Notes under the pieces: model-generated
What the model was told of the DNA's origin: nothing
Seen by the model: only the letters and a program-made list of their open reading frames with translations
Database searches by the model: none
Program-made: the position numbers and the translations under genes
Shown: positions 24,103-32,000 of the stretch, piece by piece
Position numbering within the stretch: position 1 is the first letter of the stretch
Layout: every line of letters starts with the position of its first letter
Origin: an uncultured Chloroflexia bacterium
GTDB taxonomy: Bacteria > Chloroflexota > Anaerolineae > Anaerolineales > Anaerolineaceae
Assembly (NCBI GenBank): GCA_963704755.1
Contig: OY969938.1
Span: 2,730,001-2,762,000, forward strand
Length of the DNA: 32,000 bases
Direction: 5' to 3'

Positions 24103-25752
24103 TTAGTGCAAATAGGTACCCGACATGGGCGGTTGGTAGCTGTGGGGTGGAGTCTTGATGCCGCCCTCGCGCACCATGTCCAGGAAGGCTTTGGTCACCT
24201 CGGGTTCGAAGTGTTTGTTGGACTGGTAATTGATATAATCGATCACCTGGTTGGCCGGCCAGGCGGCCCGGTAGGGGCGGTTCGAGCTGAGTGCATCCCA
24301 CACGTCCACGATGGAGAAAATACGCGCGCTGAGCGGAATCTCTTCGCCCTTCAGCCGGCGTGGATAGCCGCTGCCGTCCCACTTTTCGTGATGGCAGTAA
24401 GGGATCTCGATGACCTCGCCAAAATGGGGGATCGGCCGCAGCAGCTCGTAGGCGTACACCGGGTGACGCCGCATGACTCGCCATTCGGCTTCGTCCAGCG
24501 GGCCAGGCTTGAGCAGAATCTGGTCGGGAATGCCCATCTTGCCGATATCGTGCAATTGTGCTCCCCGGCGCACCTTGATGATTTCACGGGCATCCAGCCC
24601 CAGCTTCTTGCACAATTCGATCGTGATGGCCACGACCCGGTGAGTATGGCGTTCGGTGGTGAAATCGCGCAGCTCCAGGGCTCGTGTCCAGCCGTCGATG
24701 GTGGCTTCATAGGTCTGGACCAGGTCCATGCTGGTGCGCTCCAGGTTTTGGGCCAGTTGGGCATTCTGGATGGCCACGCCGGCCGTGTTGGCGATCAGGC
24801 CCAGCAAAGCCATGTCGGTCTGCTGGAAGCGCCCCGGTTTAAGGCTGTGCACCTGCACCAGGCCGATGGTACTGCCCTTGACGATCATCGGAATGTAGAT
24901 GGCCGAGCGGGGCGGTTTTCCGGGGGCCCGGTAATCGATCACCCGCTGCATTTCACCGAACATGGCCACCAGATCGTCGATCATGACAGCCTGGCCGCTC
25001 ATCAACACTTCGCTTTGCAGGCATTTCGTCGAGCTATCCACATGGATTTCGGGAATTTCGCTCACATCCAGGGAATTTCTCTCGTGCTCGGCGTATTTAC
25101 AGGCGAGCTTTTTTCGGTGCGAATCGTATAGGGAAATATATAATGTGCTGACGTCTGGCAGCAGTTGGTTGATTGCCGCGGCAAACCGCCGGTAAATTTC
25201 TGTCAGGTCCAGAATCTCGGCCAGGGCCTTGCCGATTTCGCCGGCCGCGGCTAACTGCTCGCCAGTCTCGTGCGACTTGCCCTCGTAATAGGCTGGTTTG
25301 AGCTCGGTTAAGGCCAGCAGCAGGCAGTCCCGCCCGGAATAAAGGATCTCATCTGACTGGACCTGGCACTTGACCATCTTTCCGCGCTGGTTGAAGAGGT
25401 AGATCTCCATCGTTTTCAGATCAACCTCACTTTCCAGGCGCTGCTGGATCTTTTCCAGGTTATTCTCTCCCAGACCGCAAGGCATTTGTGCCTCTGCCTT
25501 GTACAAAATCTGGTTACGCGGCATACCAATCAACTGCGAATATCGTTCGTTTACGTCCAGGTAAATTTTTTCTTTACGGTCGATAACACAGATTGCCACA
25601 GGTATCGTTTGTATGATCTGGTGCATTGAATGCTGCGAGCGGTTGAGTGCCTCTTCATTGTGCTGCCCGTGATTGCTAAGGGCTTTTCGACGTGGGTATA
25701 TTGCTCGGTTCATGTGGCTTCGTCCTGTTCCTCTGCCTCCTATGGGCTCCAT
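24103..25752 (-). CDS. PAS/GAF domain-containing HD-GYP phosphodiesterase
   Basis: 549 aa. C-terminal HD-GYP motifs LHDIGKMGIPDQILLKPG and HHEKWDGSGYPRRLKGEEIPLSARIFSIVDVWDAL, with PAS-like and GAF-like regions N-terminal to them. The start may instead be ATG 25713 (MNRAIYP). Confidence 0.9.
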   Translation of the reverse strand: MEPIGGRGTGRSHMNRAIYPRRKALSNHGQHNEEALNRSQHSMHQIIQTIPVAICVIDRKEKIYLDVNERYSQLIGMPRNQILYKAEAQMPCGLGENNLEKIQQRLESEVDLKTMEIYLFNQRGKMVKCQVQSDEILYSGRDCLLLALTELKPAYYEGKSHETGEQLAAAGEIGKALAEILDLTEIYRRFAAAINQLLPDVSTLYISLYDSHRKKLACKYAEHERNSLDVSEIPEIHVDSSTKCLQSEVLMSGQAVMIDDLVAMFGEMQRVIDYRAPGKPPRSAIYIPMIVKGSTIGLVQVHSLKPGRFQQTDMALLGLIANTAGVAIQNAQLAQNLERTSMDLVQTYEATIDGWTRALELRDFTTERHTHRVVAITIELCKKLGLDAREIIKVRRGAQLHDIGKMGIPDQILLKPGPLDEAEWRVMRRHPVYAYELLRPIPHFGEVIEIPYCHHEKWDGSGYPRRLKGEEIPLSARIFSIVDVWDALSSNRPYRAAWPANQVIDYINYQSNKHFEPEVTKAFLDMVREGGIKTPPHSYQPPMSGTYLH

Positions 25753-25990
25753 ATAAATTTGTTAATTGCCGGATCTATCGATAAATTAGCGCCTGCCGGC
25801 CACGTACACTCTTCAGGGTTTCTGCCCAAAATACCAATAACCTTCAGGCTATTCGTAAACAGGCGCAGTCTGCGCCGTCCCTCCCCGGTTCAGATGGTGC
25901 AAATAATGGGCCAGCTTTGCCCCCCGGCCCAACCCTAAAGTGCCACCTGGGACAAGCAGGATTGATGCAAGTGTGGTGCCAACCTAAAAT

Positions 25991-26010
25991 AGCGGGAGCA
26001 AACTCCCGCT
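25991..26010 (-). terminator. Small hairpin downstream of the 26036-26737 gene
   Basis: AGCGGGA-GCAAAC-TCCCGCT. On the minus strand it is followed by ATTTTA. A weak terminator candidate. Confidence 0.4.
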
Positions 26011-26035
26011 AAAATCCCCCAAATTTCCGGATTGC

Positions 26036-26737
26036 TTAGGGCGTGGCCGGCACCAGCCAGTAACCGCTTTGGTCCCCTTCAGCGGTCCAGCCGGTCAGGT
26101 TAGTATCTTTCGCTTGCACCCGCCACCAGACCCAGTTGTTCGAGCAGCCTGGTCCGTCCAAAACGAGCGCTTCTTCGCCGGGTTGGATGTATCCCAGCAC
26201 GCTGCCGTTCAGGTCAGCCTTCGAGCGCACCCGGTTGGCCAGCGGCGGGTTTTCGGACACCTTGACCGTATCCCCCACGTGGACTCGTGAGAGATAATCC
26301 GCGCCGCTGCAGGCTTCCCAGGGCTGGGCGGTGGCCGTGATGGTCGGGTGAGGTGTCTCGGTCGGAAATAGAATCACCCCGCCGTCCGGCGTATCCGTTG
26401 GGAAAGTCGTCAAGGTGGCTTCTGGGCTTCCATTTAAGGACGTTGCGGTTAGAGTCGCCAGTCCGGTAGGTGGGAAAAGCGTGCTCAAGTCATCCGCCGG
26501 ATGGGGAGCAGAAAAATTTTGGCGAAGTAGGGACACCAATGCGATGACCGCCGCGGCGCCTAGAATCAAAAAGAGGACGGCTCCTGTTCCGATCAACACC
26601 TTTAGCCGGGAAGAGGAGCGCGGCGCAGCCGGGGGTACTTCGCGGTAAATGGGTAAGCCCGTCGTGGGGCAATACAAGACGCTCTCTGGGTGATATTGCC
26701 CGCAGTGGGGGCAATGGACGAAGCCCTCGCTATTCAT
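26036..26737 (-). CDS. Zinc-ribbon / single-TM / SH3b-domain protein
   Basis: 233 aa: an N-terminal CPHCGQYHPESVLYCPTTG zinc ribbon, a TM helix (VLIGTGAVLFLILGAAAVIALV), a Pro/Thr-rich linker and a C-terminal bacterial-SH3-like segment (VGDTVKVSE...GYIQPGEEALVLDG...WWRVQ...GWTAEG). Confidence 0.75.
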   Translation of the reverse strand: MNSEGFVHCPHCGQYHPESVLYCPTTGLPIYREVPPAAPRSSSRLKVLIGTGAVLFLILGAAAVIALVSLLRQNFSAPHPADDLSTLFPPTGLATLTATSLNGSPEATLTTFPTDTPDGGVILFPTETPHPTITATAQPWEACSGADYLSRVHVGDTVKVSENPPLANRVRSKADLNGSVLGYIQPGEEALVLDGPGCSNNWVWWRVQAKDTNLTGWTAEGDQSGYWLVPATP

Positions 26738-26826
26738 TTTGTATTATCCTCCCTGGTCATCGTCATTTCGCGTTCTTCTTCAATGAAAAGAGTTGTTTCA
26801 GCGGACTAATCAGTCGTTCAGGCCGG

Positions 26827-27765
26827 TCAGGGATAAATCGGTAAATACATCAATTTGCTTTGGTGTAAACTGAGTGCTTGTACCACCATCATTCCCACCC
26901 AAACACAGGCGGCCAGGGCCAGCAGCAGCCAGGCCCAGGCCTTTTCATGACCTGGCCGGCGTACGACGGCCGGCTTGCCGGTCAGGCGGGTCAGCAGGAT
27001 CAGGCAGGTCAGGATGACCAGTAAGCCAAAACCGGCTGAAGAGAGCGTGGGAAGCTGCGGCACGCGTTTAGGGAACAGACCTCCGGCGATGATCAGCCCG
27101 GCGGCCAGGACGTTGTTGCCAAATTGCAGCACCATGGCGGACGCAATCGAGCGGGTGCGGTAAAACGTATACCCCAACAGCAAGCCCAGCGGAATGAGCG
27201 AAATCAACCCGAGCAAGCGCAGGTGGAAAAAAGCGAAAAACAGCCCAGAAACGAGGATCCCCACCAGGGGCCCAAAGCGCTCATAGGCCGGTTGAAGCGT
27301 ACCGCTGAACAGGAGCTGCTCGCAAACCGGGGCGGCCAGGGCCACCCCGAGAAAAACCCAGGCTGCCTGCCAGGGTGTGGCGGGCTGGAGGCTCGCCTCG
27401 AGCGATGGCCGTAATCCTTGCAGGCCAATCCCCAGCGAATTGAGGTAAACCCCTACCATCCAGCAGCCCGAACCCATCATCAGGCTGACCAATCCGATTT
27501 TCCAATTGGGCAGGGCCAGCTTATGCTCCCCCCCTGGACCTGTTTTGCCGGCGCGGAAGAACACCAGGGTGGGCAGCAAGACACACGCTAACTCGATGAC
27601 CAGGGGCCCCCAGCTAAATGAGTGCATCTGCATCCAGATGCTCATGGCGGCGACAAGAAGCATGGACGCCAGGTACAGTCCATTGGCTGCTGTTATGCTA
27701 ATGGGCTTTTTCATTGGCGTTCCACCTGTGGTCTTTCCGCCGGTCGGTTCATGGATTACTTTCAT
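26827..27765 (-). CDS. CPBP (CAAX/Abi) family intramembrane protein with degenerate catalytic motifs
   Basis: Polytopic protein. The motif 1 position reads PVCEQLLFSG, motif 2 reads FFAFFHL and the motif 3 position reads LQFGNN. The start may be ATG 27714 (MKKPISIT). Confidence 0.75.
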   Translation of the reverse strand: MKVIHEPTGGKTTGGTPMKKPISITAANGLYLASMLLVAAMSIWMQMHSFSWGPLVIELACVLLPTLVFFRAGKTGPGGEHKLALPNWKIGLVSLMMGSGCWMVGVYLNSLGIGLQGLRPSLEASLQPATPWQAAWVFLGVALAAPVCEQLLFSGTLQPAYERFGPLVGILVSGLFFAFFHLRLLGLISLIPLGLLLGYTFYRTRSIASAMVLQFGNNVLAAGLIIAGGLFPKRVPQLPTLSSAGFGLLVILTCLILLTRLTGKPAVVRRPGHEKAWAWLLLALAACVWVGMMVVQALSLHQSKLMYLPIYP

Positions 27766-27922
27766 TATAACGTCAGCTCACTTTTCCAACACACAAGCTG
27801 TGGGTCAAACAAATTTTTTGGTCGAAAGCGGTGATGCGGGGCGTAGTTTTTACCGCCATGCAACTCCCTGGGACGATTTGCGTATACGTTAACGCAACAT
27901 TCAAACGCGAGGAGTACGAAAG

Positions 27923-28675
27923 ATGAAAAAGGTTTTGATTATTATTCTTCCGCTAATTTTGCTGGTCAGCCTGGCCTGTAATTTCAGCATATCCTTACCT
28001 AAAATTGGCAACGTTGTGCAGCTCTCCGGATCCGGTACACCGGTCAGCCAGGATCGCCAGGTCAGCAATTTCGACAAGATCGATCTGCGCAGCTACGGGA
28101 ACCTCACCATTACCCAGGGTGATGAAGAATTGCTGGTCATCGAGGCCGACGACAATATCATCGATCACCTTACCAGTGACGTGCAGGGCGGTGAATTGAT
28201 CCTTGCCACTGATAACCATTATAGTTTCAATAATGTGAACAAGATTAACTACACCCTGATCGTCAAAGACCTGAAAGAGATCGATTTGAGCGGCTTTGGC
28301 AACATCGACGTGAACGGTTTGCAGACGAACAGTCTGGACGTCCGCCTGACCGGTTCGGGCAACCTGAAATTGAGTGACCTGAACGCCAATGCGCTGGACG
28401 TAGAGATAAGCGGCTTTGGTTCGGCTGATTTGAGCGGTACAGCCCCCAGCCAGCACGTCAACATCACCGGCTCAGGAGACTACAACGCCAAGGACCTGCA
28501 ATCCGATACGACCGAGATTACCTTGAGCGGCTTCGGCAGCAGCACCGTTTGGGCGGAGCAGAGCCTGAATGTGACCATTACCGGCTCGGGCAGCGTGAAA
28601 TATTACGGCGAGCCAACTGTGAGCCAGAAAATCACCGGTTTCGGCAGCCTGGAGAGCCTGGGCAGCCGGGAATAG
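27923..28675 (+). CDS. Lipoprotein with GIN/DUF2807 (beta-helical SG(S/F)G repeat) domain
   Basis: Signal peptide with lipobox MKKVLIIILPLILLVSLAC. Repeated LSGFG / LTGSG / ISGFG / ITGSG strands. GAGGAG Shine-Dalgarno upstream. Confidence 0.8.
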   Translation: MKKVLIIILPLILLVSLACNFSISLPKIGNVVQLSGSGTPVSQDRQVSNFDKIDLRSYGNLTITQGDEELLVIEADDNIIDHLTSDVQGGELILATDNHYSFNNVNKINYTLIVKDLKEIDLSGFGNIDVNGLQTNSLDVRLTGSGNLKLSDLNANALDVEISGFGSADLSGTAPSQHVNITGSGDYNAKDLQSDTTEITLSGFGSSTVWAEQSLNVTITGSGSVKYYGEPTVSQKITGFGSLESLGSRE

Positions 28676-28691
28676 CCCTGAATTTTCCATT

Positions 28692-28734
28692 AGGACCAAA
28701 AAGCACGGCCGTTAAGGCCGTGCTTTTTGGTCCT
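28692..28734 (+). terminator. Rho-independent terminator of the lipoprotein gene
   Basis: AGGACCAAAAAGCACGGCC-GTTAA-GGCCGTGCTTTTTGGTCCT, a 19-bp perfect stem whose 3' arm contains a T-run. Confidence 0.8.
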
Positions 28735-28913
28735 ATAAGTTTGCCGATGGAAGCATCGTTTTGTGCCGTTTTATGCAGTTCCTGGCACCCTTTCTTCCGG
28801 CCGCTGATCCGGAGCAAAGCCCGGGTTTTTCGGCCTGGCAAGGCCCAAATCTTTGAAAAGACAAGAAGTTGAAACGCGCCTTCTCCGTCCGGAATTTCAC
28901 CGCCAAAAAATTC

Positions 28914-28922
28914 TGTTACAAT
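28914..28922 (+). promoter_or_regulatory. Extended -10 box 6 nt upstream of the ATG at 28929
   Basis: TGTTACAAT (28914-22), then CACATT, then the ATG at 28929. Confidence 0.4.
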
Positions 28923-28928
28923 CACATT

Positions 28929-29948
28929 ATGAACCGAAAAGGTATTAATTACGATGTCGGTACTTTTACCACCCAAGATCGCTCTTCTCGTGAGGTGTTC
29001 GACCAACAGGTTGTGCAGCAAGAAATCGGCATCATAAAGAACGATTTGCACTGTACGGCGATCCGCATATCCGGGCAGGACATAGACCGGCTGCGCTTTG
29101 CCACGCAATGCGCTTTGCAGAATGGGTTGGAGGTTTGGTTCTCGCCGGCATTCATTAACGCTGCACCCGCGGAGATGCTGACATATTTTCGCGATTGCGC
29201 TAAAGCAGTGGAAGAACTTCGGGCTCAATGGCCTCAGGTGGTCTTTGTGGCCGGCACTGAGCTGACTTTTTTTATGAAAGACCTCGTCCTGGGTGATACG
29301 CCGGCTGAACGGATGCAGAGTTTTATGAAGCCCTGGCGTTTGATCAAAAGCGCTATCCTGCGCGGCTCGTTCGATAAAAATCTAAACCGCTTTCTCGCCG
29401 AGGCGACCCAAACGGTTCGCGATAACTTCAAAGGCCCGCTTTCTTATGCTTCCGGGGCTTGGGAAGGCGTGGATTGGTCTCCGTTCGACTTTATCGGCGT
29501 GGATTATTATCGCGATGTTGGTACCAAAATGAACTACCGCGAAAAATTGCGCAAATATACCTCCCTGGGTAAACCGGTTGTGATTACCGAGTTTGGCTGC
29601 TGCACCTATACAGGCGCGGAGGATAAAGGCGGCTATGGCTGGGCCATTGTCGATCGCAGCCAGGTCCCGGCCCGGCTTAAAGGCGATTACCAGCGCAGCG
29701 AAGAGATTCAGGCCAAACTGATCGGCGATTTACTGGATATTTTTGAGGCAGAAAACGTCGACGGCGCCTTTGTATTTACCTTTGTGATGCCCAAGTATCC
29801 CTACCGTGAAGACCCCCAATTCGACCTGGATATGGCCAGTTACAGCCTGGTCAAGACGTACGAGAACCGCCTGGGGACTGTTTATGCCAATCTGCCCTGG
29901 GACCCGAAACAGGCCTTCTACGTCTTAGCCGAAAAATATCGCGCTTAA
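28929..29948 (+). CDS. TIM-barrel glycoside-hydrolase-like protein (clan GH-A-like); specific function unknown
   Basis: About 339 aa starting MNRKGINYDVG. Candidate acid/base and nucleophile glutamates sit in FVAGTELTFF and VVITEFGCC. The ORF-track TTG at 28869 would add an atypical 20-aa extension. Confidence 0.6.
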   Translation: MNRKGINYDVGTFTTQDRSSREVFDQQVVQQEIGIIKNDLHCTAIRISGQDIDRLRFATQCALQNGLEVWFSPAFINAAPAEMLTYFRDCAKAVEELRAQWPQVVFVAGTELTFFMKDLVLGDTPAERMQSFMKPWRLIKSAILRGSFDKNLNRFLAEATQTVRDNFKGPLSYASGAWEGVDWSPFDFIGVDYYRDVGTKMNYREKLRKYTSLGKPVVITEFGCCTYTGAEDKGGYGWAIVDRSQVPARLKGDYQRSEEIQAKLIGDLLDIFEAENVDGAFVFTFVMPKYPYREDPQFDLDMASYSLVKTYENRLGTVYANLPWDPKQAFYVLAEKYRA

Positions 29949-29989
29949 TTGCCGGCCAGGTGGTTCACGCTGATGTGGGCGTCGGTGGG

Positions 29990-30425
29990 CTGAGTGGGCC
30001 AAACCCGGCCAATGGTTAACCAACGCAATATCAACATTCGGGCGAAGGATTGGCCTTGTTGCCGGTTGAGGGCGCGGCTCTTAGCCCCTCTCCGAAGCGC
30101 TGTAGGGTGGATGAAGGGCTCATTTATTACGCCGGCTACCTGCATACCGGAAAGACCTGCGAATCCTTGCCCGTAACCCACCATCCGGATATAACGGTGG
30201 GTTGCGGAGAAAGAAAACCACGGAGCTCGGAGTGCATGGAGAAAAAAGTAGAGCCTTGTTGGGTTGAGCGGGTCATACGCAGCGAGTGGGTTACATAGCT
30301 TGAGCGAAACCCAACATCCGGGCGGATGGATTGGTCTCGTTTGCCGATTGTGGTTGAGGCTCTTAGCCCCTCTCCCGTTTCTGGAAGAGGGGTTGGGGTG
30401 AGGGCGAAGCGCCAACTTTCAGAAA
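29990..30425. repeat. Mosaic of small REP-like hairpins and direct repeats
   Basis: Direct repeats of about 63 bp at 30031-30093 and 30311-30375, both ending in GGCTCTTAGCCCCTCTCC. Hairpin ACCCACC...GGTGGGT near 30175-30205. A degenerate AACCACGGAGCTCGGAGTGCATGGAG near 30214-30240. Hairpin CCCCTCT (30367-73) / AGAGGGG (30386-92) followed by TTGGGGTGAGGG. Confidence 0.8.
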
Positions 30426-30455
30426 GGTGGCGCCTCGGGGAAAAAAAAAGATATA

Positions 30456-30484
30456 TTGACAGCACACTGTCATAATGCTATACT
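30456..30484 (+). promoter_or_regulatory. Near-consensus promoter with an overlapping palindromic (MarR-type) operator
   Basis: TTGACA (30456-61), a 17-nt spacer, then TATACT (30479-84). The palindrome TGACAG-CACA-CTGTCA (30457-30472) overlaps the -35 box. The ATG at 30491 lies 6 nt after the -10 box. Confidence 0.55.
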
Positions 30485-30490
30485 ACGGCT

Positions 30491-30988
30491 ATGGACAATC
30501 AACCCAAACATGGTGACAGCTTCAATGCCCTTGCTCTGGCTATCTTTAGCGTCAATACTGCGTTAGTCACCGCAGGCGATGCCCTGACTAAACCCGTCGG
30601 CCAATCCAGCGCGCGGTGGCGGATACTGGGCCGCGTTTCCGCTGTGCCGCAGACGGTTTCGCAAATTGCCCGCGTCATAGGCTATGCCAGGCAAAGCGTC
30701 CAGCGAGTGGCGGACGACCTGGTCAATGAAAAATTGGCCGAGTATATTCCAAATCCGCGCGATCAGCGGGCGCACTTGCTCAAACTGACGCCAAAAGGCC
30801 GGCAGGCGCTGACAACTATCGAAGCCGAGCAGCAGCGCTGGGTCGAGCGTCTTTTATCTGTTTTAGACGAACAGGAGCTGGCAAGACTTGCCGGACAGTT
30901 GCGCTCTATTAGCGAATGTATCCAGGATGATTACCAGCGAACGTATGGAAAGCAAGCTAAAAAAGGAGAAAAATATGGCAACCGATAA
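30491..30988 (+). CDS. MarR family transcriptional regulator
   Basis: 165 aa with a winged-HTH region ARWRILGRVSAVPQTVSQIARVIGYARQSVQRVADDLVNEKLAEYIPNPRDQRAHLLKLTPKGRQAL. Confidence 0.88.
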   Translation: MDNQPKHGDSFNALALAIFSVNTALVTAGDALTKPVGQSSARWRILGRVSAVPQTVSQIARVIGYARQSVQRVADDLVNEKLAEYIPNPRDQRAHLLKLTPKGRQALTTIEAEQQRWVERLLSVLDEQELARLAGQLRSISECIQDDYQRTYGKQAKKGEKYGNR

Positions 30989-31706
30989 AAAGGTAGCACT
31001 GATTACCGGCGCAAACAAAGGTATCGGGCTGGAGATTGCCCGTCAGCTTGGTCAGCAAGATATAACGGTATTGGTAGGCGCGCGGGATGCAGAGCGTGGC
31101 AGGACTGCGGTACAACAACTGACCCGTGAGGGTATCGACGCTCACGAAGTAATTATCGACGTTTCCAACGAAGCGTCGGTTAAGAAAGCGGCTCAAGAAG
31201 TCGAGCGACAATATGGGCGGCTGGATATTTTAGTCAATAATGCCGGCATTTCGCGCGAGCGCGGGCAAAAGCCAAGTGAGTCTTCAGCAGATTACGTGCG
31301 TGAAACCTACGAAACCAACGTGTTCGCTGTCGTAACGGTTACGAACGCCATGCTTCCGCTTTTGCGTAAAGCTCCGGCCGGCCGAATTGTCAATCAGTCG
31401 AGCAGCATGGGTTCGCTCGCATTGGCGACTGACCCGAAGTCGCCCTTTGCGAACCTCAACCTGCTGGCTTACAACTCCTCAAAGGCAGCACTCAACTCAG
31501 TTACTGTTGAGTACGCCAAAGAGCTACGCGATACACCCATTAAAGTGAATGCGTCTGACCCGGGTTATGTCTCTACTGACTTGAACCACCATCAGGGGTA
31601 TAAAACGCCTGAGCAAGGAGCGGCGGCCGCCGTAAAACTTGCCATCCTGCCTGATGACGGCCCGTCGGGCACGTTTCAGGACGAAAACGGCGAGGTGGCC
31701 TGGTAA
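30975..31706 (+). CDS. Short-chain dehydrogenase/reductase (classical SDR)
   Basis: Start MATDKKVALITGANKGIGLEIA carries the TGxxxGxG motif, with AAAGGAG 7 nt upstream. Also NNAG and the catalytic YNSSK. Overlaps the MarR gene by 14 nt. The ORF-track start at 30888 lies inside the MarR gene. Confidence 0.9.
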   Translation: MATDKKVALITGANKGIGLEIARQLGQQDITVLVGARDAERGRTAVQQLTREGIDAHEVIIDVSNEASVKKAAQEVERQYGRLDILVNNAGISRERGQKPSESSADYVRETYETNVFAVVTVTNAMLPLLRKAPAGRIVNQSSSMGSLALATDPKSPFANLNLLAYNSSKAALNSVTVEYAKELRDTPIKVNASDPGYVSTDLNHHQGYKTPEQGAAAAVKLAILPDDGPSGTFQDENGEVAW

Positions 31707-31803
31707 CCCAGCACGCCTTTCATAAAAATGTAGGGGATCCGCTATAGACCCACCACAATCCTGGTTATCTTCATTATGGCAAAGCTGTGGGCAGAACTTT
31801 GCG

Positions 31804-31838
31804 CCTTCTCCCTCCCAGGGAGAAGGTTGGGATGAGGG
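31804..31838. repeat. CT/GA hairpin plus TTGGGATGAGGG, same family as 30367-30404
   Basis: CCTTCTCCC-TCCCA-GGGAGAAGG followed by TTGGGATGAGGG. Confidence 0.7.
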
Positions 31839-31897
31839 TAGATGCCGGCCAACCTAAGCGTTGGGGTTTGCAAATTGCCCTTATCGCCGGTTGGCGT

Positions 31898-31941
31898 TGA
31901 AGAGCGGGCTCGGCCGACAGAATGGAGGGACCGGCCCGATC
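31898..31941 (-). repeat. Inverted solitary variant of array module H2
   Basis: The reverse complement GATCGGGCCGGTC-CCTCCATTCTGTCGG-CCGAGCCCGCTCTTCA shares both flanks (13 and 16 nt) with the array sequence GATCGGGCCGGTC-TCCAGA-CCGAGCCCGCTCTTCA. The central segment differs. Confidence 0.7.
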
Positions 31942-32000
31942 GCTTCAGGTGTGCATCTACTGTTACGCCGGCGCACTGTGTTGGCTCGTGCCAAAGAGCG

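Noticed and set aside
28632-29228. 198-aa minus-strand ORF overlapping the terminator and the 5' end of the GH-like gene
   Set aside because: It runs through a strong plus-strand terminator hairpin and is antisense to a better-supported CDS. It has no recognisable domain.
29945-30465. Minus-strand ORFs 29945-30415 and 30136-30465 as genes
   Set aside because: They are composed of read-through of REP-like hairpins and direct repeats. Their translations contain the peptide strings that such repeats typically produce (e.g. PGCWVSLKLCNPL).

Overview
High-GC (about 60 percent by eye) bacterial chromosomal window. Positions 1-13513 on the minus strand hold a complete, tightly packed 14-gene NADH:quinone oxidoreductase (complex I) operon, nuoA through nuoN, with nuoN cut by the left window edge. 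The rest is mixed housekeeping and accessory genes. On the plus strand: an aldo/keto reductase, a PAS-GGDEF diguanylate cyclase, an alpha/beta hydrolase-TetR operon, a DUF47-PiT phosphate transporter operon, a class I/II aminotransferase, a P-loop kinase-like protein, a GIN-domain lipoprotein, a clan GH-A-like TIM-barrel protein and a MarR-SDR operon. On the minus strand: a PAS-GAF-HD-GYP protein, a zinc-ribbon/TM/SH3b protein and a CPBP-family membrane protein. I saw no rRNA, tRNA, CRISPR/cas, transposase, integrase or phage genes. The most unusual object is a 1.65-kb non-coding tandem array (13693-15352) between the nuo promoter and the divergent aldo/keto reductase gene. It is built from a roughly 188-bp unit carrying three hairpins, plus a 105-bp short form. 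Its modules recur as single dispersed copies elsewhere in the window, one with a compensatory stem change. The intergenic regions also carry several other families of small structured repeats: CACGGAG octamer elements, CT/GA hairpins followed by TTGGGRTGAGGG, TGACAC heptads and a 16-bp tandem. Several promoter/operator architectures can be read directly: TetR-type operators, a Pho-box-like direct repeat, a MarR-type operator and two leaderless-looking -10-N6-ATG arrangements. The taxon cannot be fixed without a database search. Gene content and repeat style suggest a Chloroflexota/Anaerolineae-like organism, but that is only a guess.
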